Assembly (NCBI GenBank): GCA_038087875.1
Contig: CM075996.1
Span: 2,110,001-2,174,000 of the forward strand
DNA: 64,000 bases
DNA from: Malacoraja senta
Lineage: Eukaryota
Direction of reading: 5' to 3'
The notes under the pieces were generated by a model. The model searched no databases. It was not told the DNA's origin and was given only the letters and a program-made list of their open reading frames with translations. Positions 38,712 to 52,053 of the stretch are shown piece after piece. A program made the position numbers and the translations under genes. The first letter of the stretch is position 1; every line of letters starts with the position of its first letter.

Positions 38712-38745
38712 GTCTGAAGAAGGGTCTCGACCCGAAACGTCACCC
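38712..38745 (+). ncRNA. Minimal type-I hammerhead motif in a Penelope pLTR (representative copy)
   Basis: CUGAAGA-A-GGGU-CUCG-ACCC-GAAAC-GUC, with palindromic ACGU in place of helix III. Confidence 0.6.
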
Positions 38746-41700
38746 GTTCCTTCTCTCCAGAGATGCTGCCTGTCCCGCTGAGTTACTCCAGCATTTTGTG
38801 TCTATCAGGGTTTGAATGCCCACGCAAAAGGCTCTGAACGTAGGGATTTGGTGGGTGCATAGAAGGACACAAAGTGCTGGAATAACTCATTTCAGTTCAC
38901 GAAATGTGCAGGAAGGAACTGCAGGTGCTGATTTAAACCGAAGATAGACACAAAAAAGCTGGAGTAACTCAGCGGGACAGACAGCATCTCTGCTCTGGAG
39001 AGAAGGAATGGGTCACGTCTCAGACCGAGAGCCTTCTTCAGAGTCTGAAGTAGGGTCTCGACTCAAAACGTCACTCGGGATAGGAAGGAAGAGTCTAGAG
39101 GTGTATGGGCCGAAAACAAGCAACTGGGACTAACCCAGTAGGCCAACTTGGTGGGCATGGTCAAGGTGGGCCGAAGGGTCCTTCTCGATGCTATGACTCT
39201 GTGAGTGCGTGAGAGATGCATGTCTAGTTTAGTTTAGAGATACAGCGCGGAAACAGGCCCTTCGGCCCACTGACCAGCGGTCACCCCATACACTAACACC
39301 ATCCTACACACTAGGGACAATTTACAATTTTTACCAAAACCGATTAACCTACAAACCCACAAGTCTTTGGAGTGTAGAAGGAAACCGGAGAAAACCCACG
39401 CAGGTCACGGGGAGAAGGTACAAGACAGCGTCCGTGGTCAGGATCGAACCCGGGTCTCTGGCGCTGTCACCAGGTTGTGGGCGAGCGTTTTAAATTTGCT
39501 TCATTACTGGGCTGGTGACGAGAAAGCACAAAGTACTGAGGGAAAGCAGTGGGTCAGGCAGCATCTGTGGAGGAAATGGAATGGGTGACGTTTTGGGCTT
39601 GTGACCGCAAATTTCCAAGCGCAGCAGGTGAAATCCGCTTGTATTGTGTACTCAATACTTTGTGTAATCTCCTGACCTCTGGACAATCCCCGGGAAAGCA
39701 CCGGGATAACAAATCAACCTTCAACAACACAGTTCTCAACTCATGCAGGGTTGTCTTCTCCCTGTCTATTTTTAGCTTGCAGTGACCAATGTCCACCATC
39801 AAAAAAAATCCCCACAAATTCCCTTTTAAATCTTTCCTCCCTCGGGACTAATCGATGACCTTTTGATTCATTTACCTTTGGAATTAGGTAAAGGTTTCTG
39901 CTGAAGGTAGACACAAAAAGCTGGAGTAACTCAGCGGGACAGACAGCATCTCTGGAGAGAAGGAATGGGTGACGTTTCGGGTCGAGACCCTTCTTCAGAC
40001 TGGGGATAATGGATTTATGCTATCTCCTGGAAGGGTCCCGACTTGAAACGGCACCTCCCCATTTTCCCCAGAGCGACTGCCTGACCTGCTGAGTCACTCC
40101 GGCACTTTGTGTCTATCTTTGGTATAAACCAGCACCTGCAGTTCCTTTTTATTACCGGTCAATTTTATATTGAGTTCAGTTTTGCTCGCGCTGCAGGTTG
40201 TGAAGTTGGAAAGGGTGCAGAGAAGATTGGCGCGGACTTTATTCCCCAGATTGCAGGAGTCTGAGGACTGATCTTATGGAGCTGTATAAGACCATGAGCG
40301 GAATAAATAACATGATAGTTTAGTTTAGTTTTAAAGATACAGTGCTGAAACAGGCCCTTCGGCCCACAGGTTCCATGCCCCCCATATAAACACTATCCTA
40401 CACACACACTAGGGACATTTTTTACATTTACACCAAGCCAATTAACCTACAAACCTCCACGTCTTTGGTGTGTGGGAGGAAACCGGGAGCACCCGGAGAA
40501 AACCCACGCGGTCACGGGGAGAAGGTACAAACTCCGTACAGACAGCACCCGTAGTCGGGATCGAACCCGGGTCTCCGGCGCTGCATTCGCTGTAGAGTAC
40601 AAAAGGCGCACAAAGGCCTCTAGTTGCCAGCACTGGAGGGCCTGGGTTATAGGGAGAAGTTGGGCAGGCTAGGAGTTTATTCCCCAGATTGCAGGAGGCT
40701 GCGGGCTGATCTTATGGAGCTGCATAAGATCGTGAGGGGGGAATAAATAGCATGAATTACCCCTCCGCCCCCCTGGGTTTAGAGATCCAAAAGTTACAAC
40801 CCAGAGAAGAAGGTTCTCCTCATGTCAGCTGTGTGTGGTGTGACCTCTGATCCTGAGATTGAAGCTTGGTTGTCCACACCCCAGACGGCACCTGAGGTCA
40901 GGATTGAACCTGGAGCTATGAGCCAGCAGCTCCACACTCCAGTTATCTCATATCCAAGCATCTAGTCTTCTGATCCATCAACTAAGACAGATAGATCATT
41001 CTTGTTCCCTCTTGTCTTAACATCTTTATACACTTTGATTAAGATTTCAATTGATTAAGATTAAGATTTATGCTTTCAAGAGAGAGCTAGATAGGGCTCT
41101 TAAGGATAGCGGAGTCAGGGGATATGGGGAGAAGGCAGGAACGGGGTACTGATTGGGGATGATCAGCCATGATCACATTGAATGGCGGTGCTGGCTCGAA
41201 GGGCCGAATGGCCTACTCCTGCACCTATTGTCTCTTGTCTATTGTCTAGATCCCTCACTCTGCTTTGCTTCAAGATGCTTGTATTTAGTTCAGTTTAATT
41301 CAGTGACACAGCATGGAAACAGGCCCTTCAGCCCACTGGGTTCTCGCCGACCATCGCTCACCCATGCGCTAGTTCTATCCTACACACTAGATGCAATTTA
41401 CAGAATTGCCAATTAACCTACAAACCCGCACGTCTTTGGGATGTGGGAGGAAACCGGGGCACCCGGAGAAAAACCCACGCAGGTCACGGGGAGAAGGATC
41501 AAACTCCGTACAGACAAGCGCCCGTAGTCAGGATGGAACCCGGGTCTCTGGCGCTGTGAGGCAGCAACTCTACCGCTGCGCCACCGCGCTGTTTTATCCA
41601 CGGAGCCACCATGGAGATGGAGGTGAACAATGCCTCTTTCACAAGGCTACGTGCAGTCACCACCTTCTACACGGAAATCATTGGCAGCTTGAATTGTGCC

Positions 41701-42274
41701 GCAAGAATTTAACCTCAGATGACTTGAAAAAATATTTTTTTGTGTACAACGGGAAAAAATGATTCTGGTGGAATTCTGTTTATAATGTGAATGTCTGCCA
41801 TGCTTACATGCCAACACAGGCTGCAACGCATTTATTTATTTATTTATTTATTTGTTTGTTTGTTTCCGAACAAGTAAAGACATAAATAGGAATAAATAAC
41901 AACAAAATCGAAATAGTCAAACATTGGACATTCCAGGCAATATTTGGAGAGATATGTTTTTTTTGCCTTCCATCACAGCGCTGTGATGGATGTATGTGTA
42001 AATTGTGTTGTGTCTCGGGTCTTCTTCGTTTTGTGGCTGCAGAAACGACATTTCGTTTGGACCTCAAGGGGTCCAAATGACAAATTTGTCCAAAAGACAA
42101 ATAAACAAATTGTATTATAATTGTATTGTATTTGCAAAGCAATGAAAAGCATAATGCTAAATTTAAATGTCCAACACTTTTTCTTACAAGTTCGAAAAGG
42201 AGTGAGAAGAAGAATAACTTATTTAATCTCACCCCTTCTCCCTAAACCCTTCTTCCATATTTAATATATATATA

Positions 42275-42789
42275 TTTTTTTTAATTTTTATTTATTAGAA
42301 GTACATTACATTACAACCACATACATTAGTACTCGTCATTTATATCTTCTTATAATTAATGTACTCCATTTATTTTTTACACTAGAAAAGGAAAAGATTG
42401 AAAGAAAGAAAAAAGTGAAGGAAAAAGTGAAAGTGTAGAAAATGTGACAACAAAAAAGGACGAAGACCCTATAAGAGCAAAATTAAAAACAAAAGAAAAA
42501 GAGTTAAGGAATAGACCCTAGAAAAGAAAGAGAAAGAGAAAGAGGAAAAAGAGAGAAACAAATATTTTTTTGAGCATTACGTAAATGGGACATACCAACT
42601 CTTCAACTAGCATCCCCCCTTACCTGACCTCAATTTTTTTTTAGAGGTACCTTTGCACCCTATATTGGTAATAATTCTATAAATGCAGACCACGTCAGGT
42701 GGAAGTGATCAGGTTTACCTGCTAGGAGGAGTCTTATCTCTTCTAGGTGTAATGTTTCAAACATATTTGAAATCCACATGTTTATAGTT
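42275..42789 (-). mobile_element. Short 5'-truncated L1 (same family)
   Basis: Reverse complement matches the L1 ORF2 end (MWISNMFETLHLEEIRLLLAGKPDH) and 3' UTR. Confidence 0.88.
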
Positions 42790-42949
42790 AGTTAATTAAT
42801 TAATAATAATAATACCCCAGACAATTTTTAGAGATACATACAGACATATATATACATACAACTAATATACACATACAAGTAATATGTATGAAGTAACCAA
42901 AAGACATAATAAATAATAAATTAAATAATAAATAAACATTAGCCCCTGT

Positions 42950-43350
42950 TTGTCAACCATCCCCTTCATCCCTGTACCTTGTGAAAAAAAGTTTTTTGTA
43001 TGTCATTTTGAACTGGTTCATGTTTGGACATTGCTTTAATTCCACATTCAAACTGTTCCACAATCCTACTCCACAGACCGAAATACAAAAAGTTTTTCTG
43101 GTCGTGCGGACTCTTTGTACCTTAAAATTAAATATTCTTCTTAAATTATAACCCCCCCACGCGCACATTAAATAAATTTTGTATATTTCCAGGTAAGTTT
43201 TTATTTTTGGCCCTAAACATTATCTGTGCTGTTTTAAATGCAACCAAATCTTCTAATTTTTAATAATTTTGACTGTAAGAATAATGGATTAGTGTGACCC
43301 AGATACCTGACCTTGTGAATAATACGTATTGCTCTTTTTTGCAGAATAGT
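42950..43350 (-). mobile_element. CR1/L2-group (Crack/Daphne-like) LINE 3' fragment
   Basis: RTTRKTFCISVCGVGLWNSLNVELKQCPNMNQFK C-terminal motif. Confidence 0.55.
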
Positions 43351-45261
43351 TAATGAATGCAGCGAGTGAGGCCTTATGCACTCACATGCCTTATGCACTC
43401 ATACCAAAGGGTAAAATAAACATAACACCTAACACAAAGGTAGACAAAAATGCTGGAGAAACTCAGCAGGTGAGGCAGCATCTATGGAGAGAAGGAAATT
43501 GGAGACGTTTCGGGTCGAGACTCGAAAGGTCACCCATTCCTTCTCTACCGAGATGCTGCCTCACCCGCTGAGTTTCTCCAGAATTTTGTACTGACCTTTA
43601 TGAAAGTGCATGTTCTATTTGCTAACAATGGAAACTTTGTGCTATGAATAGATGGTAAGGGAAGGGATGCTTATCTCAGAGATGTTGGCAGAGATTACTA
43701 TGTCAACATGCTTCAGGCCAGTCTACCACTGACGGTCTACTTCCAAAGGCCTGCTACCCAACCTATGCCAAGACCCATTGACCCCTCAGGGCCCATGCTC
43801 CTTGTTTTACCTTGACGTCTGGTGGATTGTCAGACCTCGATTTTTTTCATAATTGCTACCTCTTCTCAGAAGGCGCAGCGGTAGAGTTGCTGCCACGCCG
43901 CGCCAGAGACCCGGGTTCCATCCTGACCACGGGTCCTGTCTGAAAGATAGAGTTTCGGGGGGAGGGGGGAGGGGGGAGGGGGGAGGGGGGGGGTGGAGGG
44001 GGGAGGGGGGAGGGGGGAGGTGGGTGGAGAGGAAGAAACTGGAGCTGAGTAAAGGCCGGAACAAATCAGGGCCAGCAAGAATAGACCACTGGAAGAGTGG
44101 AGCCCACAATGGTCCATTGTTGGCTGGGGAAGATGTGCTAACGATAGGGATACAAGGATGTGAACAGTGGAACTAGCAGGATAACTAGGGTGGGGGAGGG
44201 GGCGGGAGATGGTGGTGGTGGTGGTGAGCGACTGCGAGGGTTACTTGAAATGAGAGAAATCAATGTTCATACCACTGGGTTGAAAGCTGGCCAAGCGAAA
44301 TATGAGGCACTGCTTGGTCCTGACGTCCTCTGAGTGAGGGCTACATGTATATATGTATGAAGTTTGTTTTGTTGTGCTGTTCTTATAACAAATGTAAAGC
44401 ACTTTGGCCAACGAGAGTTGTTTTTTAAATGTGCGATATAAATAAATGTGACATGACTTGACTTGCTCTGGTTAACCTTGTCGTGCATGCGGCGAAATCT
44501 TCCTCTCGCCCCTCTTATTAACTCTGAACTTTTTTAGCTCCAGACCCATCAACATGTCTGTACTCATAAGTTCATAAGTGATAGGAGCAGAATTAGGCCA
44601 TTCGGCCCCCATCAAGTCTACTGCGCCATTCAATCATGGCCGCATTCATACCTTTCCCTCTCAACCCCATTCTCCTGCCTTCTCCCCATAACCCCTGACA
44701 CCCGTACTAATCACGAAACTATCTATCTCTGCCTTAAAAATATACATTGACTTGGGCTCCACAGCCTTCTGTGGCAAAGAATTCCACAGATTCACCACCT
44801 GGTGGCGTCGCAGTGGCTGCCTCGCCGACAGTCTGTCTCATCCTTTTGTTGTTTGTTAGTATGTGTTAAATGTATGTTTTAGTGTTCTCTAGCTTGTTTT
44901 ATGTGGGGGTGGGGGTGGGGGGGGGGGGGCGGAGTTGGTGGAAACTTTTTCTAATCTCTTTCCTCGACGGAGATGCGATTTTTTTCCGTACCATATTTCC
45001 GTCTGCACTGTGGCCTGACATTGAGGAGCTGGAGGCTTTTGTTGGAGACCGACCGGGAGCTCCAACCGCGGGAGCCTGCGGACTTTAACATCGTGGAGAT
45101 GGCGGGCCCTGGTTAGGGACCGACTTCGGGAGATCAAGGCCGCTGGAGCTTCGATCACCGGCTGCGGGAGCTTCAATCGCCCCAACTGCGGATGGTTCGA
45201 CTGCTCCGACCGCCGGAGAAAAATGAGGGAAGAAGATTGGACTTTATTGCCTTTATTGTCA

Positions 45262-46811
45262 TTAGAAACGGGAATAGTGCCGGAGGATTGGCGTACTGCG
45301 CATGTTGTTCCGTTGTTTAAAAAGGGTTCGAAGAGTAAACCTAGCAATTATAGACCTGTTAGTTTGACGTCAGTGGTGGGCAAATTAATGGAAAGGATAC
45401 TTAAAGATAATATATATAAGCATCTGGATAAGCAGGGTCTGATTAGGAACAGTCAACATGGATTTGTGCCTGGAAGGTCATGCTTGACTAATCTTCTTGA
45501 ATTTTTCAAAGAGGTTACTAGGGAAATTGATGAGGGTAAAGCAGTGGATGTTGTCTATATGGACTTCACTAAGGCCTTTGACAAGGTTCCTCATGGAAGG
45601 TTGGTTAAGAAGATTCAATTGTTGGGTATTAATGGTGGAGTAGCAAGATGGATTCAACAGTGGCTGAATGGGAGATGCCAGAGAGTAATGGTGGATGGCT
45701 GTTTGTCAGGTTGGAGGCCGGTGACTAGTGGGGTGCCTCAGGGGTCTGTGTTGGGTCCACTGTTGTTTGTCATGTACATCAATGATCTGGATGAAGGTGT
45801 GGAAAATTGGATTAGTAAGTATGCAGATGATACTAAGATAGGTGGTGTTGTGGATAATGAAGTAGATTTTCAAAGTCTACAGAGAGATTTAGGCCATTTG
45901 GAAGAGTGGGCTGAAAGATGGCAGATGGAGTTTAATGCTGACAAATGTGAGGTGCTACATCTCGGCAGGACAAATCAAAATAGGACGTACACGGTAAATG
46001 GTAGCGAATTGAGGAATGCAGTTGAACAGAGGGATCTAGGAATAACTGTGCATAGTTCCCTGAAGGTGGAATCTCATGTAGATAGGGTGGTAAAGAAAGC
46101 TTTTGGTGTGCTGGCCTTTATAAATCAGAGCATTGAATATAGAAGTTGGGATGTAATGTTAAAATTGTACAAGGCATTGGTGTGGCCAATTCTGGAGTAT
46201 GGAGTACAATTTTGGTCGCCTAATTATAGGAAGGATGTCAACAAAATAGAGAGAGTACAGAGGAGATTTACTAGAATGTTGCCTGGGTTTCAGCAACTAA
46301 GTTACAGAGAAAGGTTGAACAAGTTAGGTCTTTATTCTTTGGAGCGCAGAAGGTTAAGAGGGGACTTGATAGAGGTCTTTAAAATTATGAGCGGGTTAGA
46401 CAGAGTGGACGTGGATAAGCTTTTCCCATTGAGAGTAGGGAAGATTCAAACAAGGGGACATGACTTGAGAATTAAGGGACAGAAGTTTAGGGGGAACATT
46501 AGGGGGAACTTCTTTACTCAGAGAGTGGTAGCTGTGTGGAATGAGCTTCCAGTGGAAGTGGTGGAGGCAGGTTCGATGTTATCCTTTAAAAATAGATTGG
46601 ATGGGTATATGGACGGGAAAGGAATGGAGGGTTATGGTCTGAGTGCAGGTAGATGGGACTAGGGGGAAGCATTTTATTTTTAATTTAAAAAAAAATAAAA
46701 AAAAATTTAAAAAAAATTAAGAAAAATTAATGTTCGGCACGGACTTGAAGGGCCGAGATGGCCTGTTTCCGTGCTGTTATGGTTATATGGTTATATGGTT
46801 ATATGGTTATA
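45262..46811 (+). mobile_element. CR1 LINE, 5'-truncated, open RT-containing ORF2
   Basis: [46 protein letters not shown]; stop at 46660-46662; (ggttatat)n tail. Confidence 0.93.
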
Positions 46812-47089
46812 TCACAGTGGGGAATGTGGGGAATCTGCTGTGGTGGATGTTTACGCAAACTTTTATGTAGTTGTGCGTCTTGTTGCTTTTTTTATGTATG
46901 GCTGTATAGTAATTCGAGTTTCACTGTACCTTATCTGGTACATGTGACAATAAACGGACCTTTGAACCTTTGAACTTCCGATGAAAGAATTTCCTCCTCA
47001 TCTCCATCCTAATGAACGTCCTTTTATTCTGAGGCTGCGCCCTCTGGTCCTAGACCCTCCCACTCTTCACAACTCTGGACTTGTACGTT

Positions 47090-48828
47090 CTCCTACCCTT
47101 CCCTTCCTTCCAGGGTTCCACAGAACCCTCTTCTCCACAGTGTGCAACCTCCTCAAGCCTCGAGCCAACACTCTCCCTACCTCCACTCCGGATCTCTGCA
47201 ACTCATTCCTCCACTTTTTCGCTGACAAAATCAGCACCATCTATCAACCCTTATCCCCTGTACCCGACTCCCCAGCATCTACTCCACCACTTACCAAGGC
47301 CCCTCCTTTCAACATCTCCTCTGATCTCCATACCCCTCCCCCTCACTGCTTCCTCTCCCAGTTTGACCCGGTCACCCCTACTGAAATCTCCAAACTCATC
47401 AGCTCTTCCAAACCCACTACCTGCTCCCTCGACCCTCTCCCCACTCCCCTGCTGAAGTCCTGCCTCCCCGCTCTCTGCCCCAACCTCACTAATCTCTTCA
47501 ACTCCTCATTGTCCCAAGGAATTGTCCCCTCTGCTTTCAAAACTGCTGCTGTCACACCAATCTTAAAGAAACCTGGTCTTGATCCCTCCTCTCTCATTAA
47601 CTACCGCCCTATCTCAAACCTCCCCTTTCTTTCAAAAACCCTGGAGCGTATCGTCGCGTCACAACTTCATTCCCACCTCTTCGCGTATAACCTATTCGAA
47701 CCCCTCCAATCTGGCTTTCGCCCCTTCCATAGCACAGAAACTGCTCTCCTCAAAGTCCTCAACGACCTCCTCACCTCTGCTGACACTGGCTCCCTCAACA
47801 TCCTCATCCTCCTCGACCTGAGTGCAGCCTTCGATACCGTCAACCATAACATCCTGCTCACCAGACTTAGGGACCTTGGCATTGAAGGTTCTGCACTCAG
47901 CTGGCTCCGTTCCTACCTTTCCAACCGATCCCACTTCATCTCTCTCCATAACCACACCTCTGCCACAGCCACTGTCTCTCAAGGCATTCCCCAAGGCTCC
48001 GTTCTTGGTCCCCTCCTCTTCATCATCTACATCCTCCCCCTTGGTCATATACTCCGTCACTTCAACCTGGACTTCCACTGCTATGCTGATGACACCCAGA
48101 TCTATCTCAGTACCAAGTCCCCCCACCACCCCCCTCTCTCCCATATCAACTCCTGCCTGTCAGCCATCAAATCTTGGATGCAACTCAACTTCCTTAAATT
48201 AAACAGTAACAAAACAGAATTTCTCCTCATTGGCTCCAAATCAACACTTACCAAAATTAACAACCCCACTCTCACTATTGACGGCACCACTGTCTCCCCA
48301 TCTCCTCAGGCCCGCAACCTTGGCGTGATCTTTGACTCAACCCTCTCCCTTGAGCCTCACATCCGCCATGTTGTCAAAACATCATTTTTTCTCCTCCGCA
48401 ACATTGCCAAAATCAGATCCTCTCTCACACCCCCCGCTGCTGAAAGACTCATCCATGCCTTCATCTCCTCCCGACTGGACTACTGTAACTCTCTTCTCTT
48501 TGCCATTAATTCCAGCAACATCAACCGACTCCAACTGGTCCAGAATGCACCCGCCCGACTCATCACCCACACCAAATCCTGGCACCACATCACCCCAGTT
48601 CTCAAAGAACTTCACTGGCTTCCCATTTCCCACCGGATCATCTACAAAATCCTGGTCCTCACCTACAAAGCCCTCAACCACTTGCCCCCCCCTTATCTCA
48701 CTGACCTCCTCTCCCCCTACCAACCCTCACGGTCCCTCAGATCCACATCAGCCGGTCTCCTCTCCATTCCAAAATCCAACCTCTGCACTTTTGGAAACAG
48801 AGCCTTCTCCAGGGCAGCTCCCAGGCTC
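47090..48828 (+). mobile_element. L2-clade LINE ORF2 (RT), cut by the gap
   Basis: NYRPISNLPFLSK, QSGFRPFHSTETALLKV, LDLSAAFDTVNH, QGSVLGPLLF, YADDTQIY, SRLDYCNS. Confidence 0.93.
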
Positions 48829-49028
48829 NNNNNNNNNNNNNNNNNNNNNNNNNNNNNNNNNNNNNNNNNNNNNNNNNNNNNNNNNNNNNNNNNNNNNNNN
48901 NNNNNNNNNNNNNNNNNNNNNNNNNNNNNNNNNNNNNNNNNNNNNNNNNNNNNNNNNNNNNNNNNNNNNNNNNNNNNNNNNNNNNNNNNNNNNNNNNNNN
49001 NNNNNNNNNNNNNNNNNNNNNNNNNNNN
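48829..49028. other. Assembly gap (200 N)
   Basis: Run of N; different LINEs on either side. Confidence 0.99.
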
Positions 49029-51305
49029 ACCATAATATGGTTGAGTTCATTAGGATGGAGAGTGACATTGTTAATTCAGAAACAACGGTTCTGAACTTAA
49101 AGAAAGGTAACTTTGAGGGTATGAGACGTGAATTGGCCAAGATTGACTGGAAATTAGTTCTAAAAGGGTTGACGGTGGCTATGCAATGGAAGGCATTTAA
49201 AGACTGCATGGATGAACTGCAAAAATTGTTCATCCCAGTTTGGCAAAAGAATAAATCAGGGAAGGTAGTGCATCCGTGGATAACGAGGGAAATCAGGGAT
49301 AGTATCAAAGCAAAAGATGATGCGTACAAATTAGCCAGAAAAAGCAGCATACTAGAGGACTCGGAGATATTCAGAGACCAGCAGAGGAGGACAAAGGGCT
49401 TAATTAGGAAAGGGAAAATAGATTATGAAAGAAAACTGGCAGGGAACATAAAAACTGACTGCAAAAGTTTTTATAGATATGTGAAGAGAAAGAGATTAGT
49501 TAAAACAAATGTAGGTCCCTTGCAGTCAGAAACAGGTGAATTGATCAAGGCTATGGCGGACCAATTGAATAACTACTTTGGTTCCGTCTTCACTAAGGAA
49601 GACATAAATAATCTGCCGGAAATAGCAGGGGACCGCGGGTCAAAGGAGATGGAGGAACTGAGTGAAATCCAGGTTAGTCGGGAAGTGGTGTTGGGTAAAT
49701 TGAATGGATTAAAGGCCGATAAATCACCAGGGCCAGATAGGCTGCATCCCAGAGTACTTAAGGAAGTAGCTCCAGAAATAGTGGATGCATTAGTGATAAT
49801 TTTTCAAAACTCTTTAGATTCTGGAGTAGTTCCTGAGGATTGGAGGGTAGCAAACGTAACTCCACTTTTTAAGAAGGGAGGGAGAGAGAAAACGGGGAAT
49901 TACAGACCAGTTAGTCTAACATCAGTAGTGGGGAATCTGCTAGAGTCAGTTATTAAAGATGGGATAGCAGCACATTTGGAAAGTGGTGAAATCATTGGAC
50001 AAAGTCAGCATGGATTTACGAAAGGTAAATCATGTCTGACGAATCTTATAGAATTTTTCGAGGATGTAACTAGTAGAGTGGATAGGGGAGAACCAGTGGA
50101 TGTGTTGTATCTGGACTTTCAGAAGGCTTTCGACAAGGTCCCACATAAGAGATTAGTATACAAACTTAAAGCACACGGTATTGGGGGTTCAGTATTGATG
50201 TGGATAGAGAACTGGCTGGCAAACAGGAAGCAAAGAGTAGGAGTAAACGGGTCCTTTTCACAATGGCAGGCAGTGACTAGTGGGGTACCGCAAGGCTCAG
50301 TGCTGGGACCCCAGCTATTTACAATTTATATTAATGAACTGGATGAGGGAATTGAAGGCAACATCTCCAAGTTTGCGGATGACACTAAGGTGGGGGGCAG
50401 TGTTAGCTGTGAGGAGGATGCTAGGTGACTGCAAGGTGACTTGGATAGGCTGGGTGAGTGGGCAAATGTTTGGCAGATGCAGTATAATGTGGATAAATGT
50501 GAGGTTATCCACTTTGGTGGAAAAAACAGGAAAGCAGACTATTATCTAAATGGTGGCCGATTAGGAAAAGGGGAGATGCAGCGAGACCTGGGTGTCATGG
50601 TACACCAGTCATTGAAAATAGGCATGCAGGTGCAGCAGGCAGTGAAGAAATCGAATGGTATGTTGGCTTTCATAGCAAAAGGATTTGAGTATAGGAGCAG
50701 GGAGGTTCTACTGCAGTTGTACAGGGTCTTGGTGAGACCACACCTGGAGTATTGCGTACAGTTTTGGTCTCCAAATCTGAGGAAGGACATTATAGCCATA
50801 GAGGGAGTGCAGAGAAGGTTCACCAGACTGATTCCTGGGATGTCAGGACTTTCATATGAAGAAAGACTGGATAGACTTGGCTGATACTCGCTAGAATTTA
50901 GGAGATTGAGAGGGGATCTTATAGAAACGTACAAAATTCTTATGGGGTTGGACAGGCTAGATGCAGGGAGATTGTTCCCGATGTTGGGGAAGTCCAGGAC
51001 AAGGGGTCACAGCTTAAGGATAAGGGGGAAATCCTTTAAGAAATGAGAAAATATGAGAAAAAACGTTTTCACACAGAGAGTGGTGAATCTCTGGAACTCT
51101 CTGCCACAGAGGGTAGTTGAGGCCAGTTCATTGGCTATATTTAAGAGGGAGTTAGATGTGGCCCTTGTGGCTAAAGGGATCAGGGGGTATGGAGAGAAGG
51201 CAGGTACGGAATACTGAGTTGGATGATCAGCCATGATCATATTGAATGGCGGTGCAGGCCGAATGGCCTACTCCTGCACCTATTGTCTATGTATCTATGT
51301 ATCTA
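49029..51305 (+). mobile_element. CR1 LINE ORF2 with premature stops, plus 3' UTR
   Basis: [44 protein letters not shown]; in-frame TGA at 50426 and 50882. Confidence 0.92.
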
Positions 51306-51728
51306 AATGCGGGCAAATGGGACTAGCCTGGTATGTCAACATGGTCGGCATGGACAATGTGGGCCGAAGGGCCTGAATCTGTGCTGTACAACTCTGTGAC
51401 CCCAGCTAGATTCTTCTGAGATTTTATGACATTGGAATCTTGGTCTCCAAAGTCTTTGATTTTTACTTGACGTGTTTGAAGTTTATCAAAATGTCAATTA
51501 ATAATTTTCTTAACTGACCTTTCTTTTTTTTTCGTGCATATATTGTTTTGTTCTGACCTCAGGTGGTTAATGCTAATTTTTTTTTACAATTCATTTAAGT
51601 ACTTTTGACCTGTGCCTCTGTAACTAAGAAATGTGGCGGTTATGTCAGTTCACGGGTGGAATCCAATGAGTAGCAGAGTGATAAGAGGTTGTCGGGGGTT
51701 ATGGGGAAAAGGCAGGAGAATGGGGTTA

Positions 51729-52053
51729 AACCCCTGTCCCACGGTACGAGTTCATTCCAAGAGCTCTCTCTCCCGAGTTTGCCCTGATTCGAACTCGGAG
51801 ATTTACGGTAATGGCTGCTCGTCGGTACTCGGGGCTCTCGTGATCATTCTTCATCATGTTGAAAAATCTTCACGAGTCTTCCCGTGCTTACCTGCCGTTA
51901 GCGAGTCTTCCCGAGTACCTGCCGTTAGCGTTACGAGACGTCCCCGAGCTCCGACGTACCCGCTACGTTCATTCTCCGTGCTTACCACGAGTTTGATTTT
52001 TTTTTAAACTCGGGGGAGCTCTTGGAATGAACTCGCACCGTGGGACAGGGGCT
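51729..52053. mobile_element. MITE with long TIRs (PIF/Harbinger-like); related left end at ~62339
   Basis: cccctgtcccacggtacgagttcattccaagagctc ... gagctcttggaatgaactcgcaccgtgggacagggg; interrupts a CR1 3' UTR at a TTA. Confidence 0.7.

Noticed and set aside
48332..50428. 698-aa ORF
   Set aside because: Artefact of reading through the N gap, joining an off-frame L2 sequence to a CR1 ORF2.
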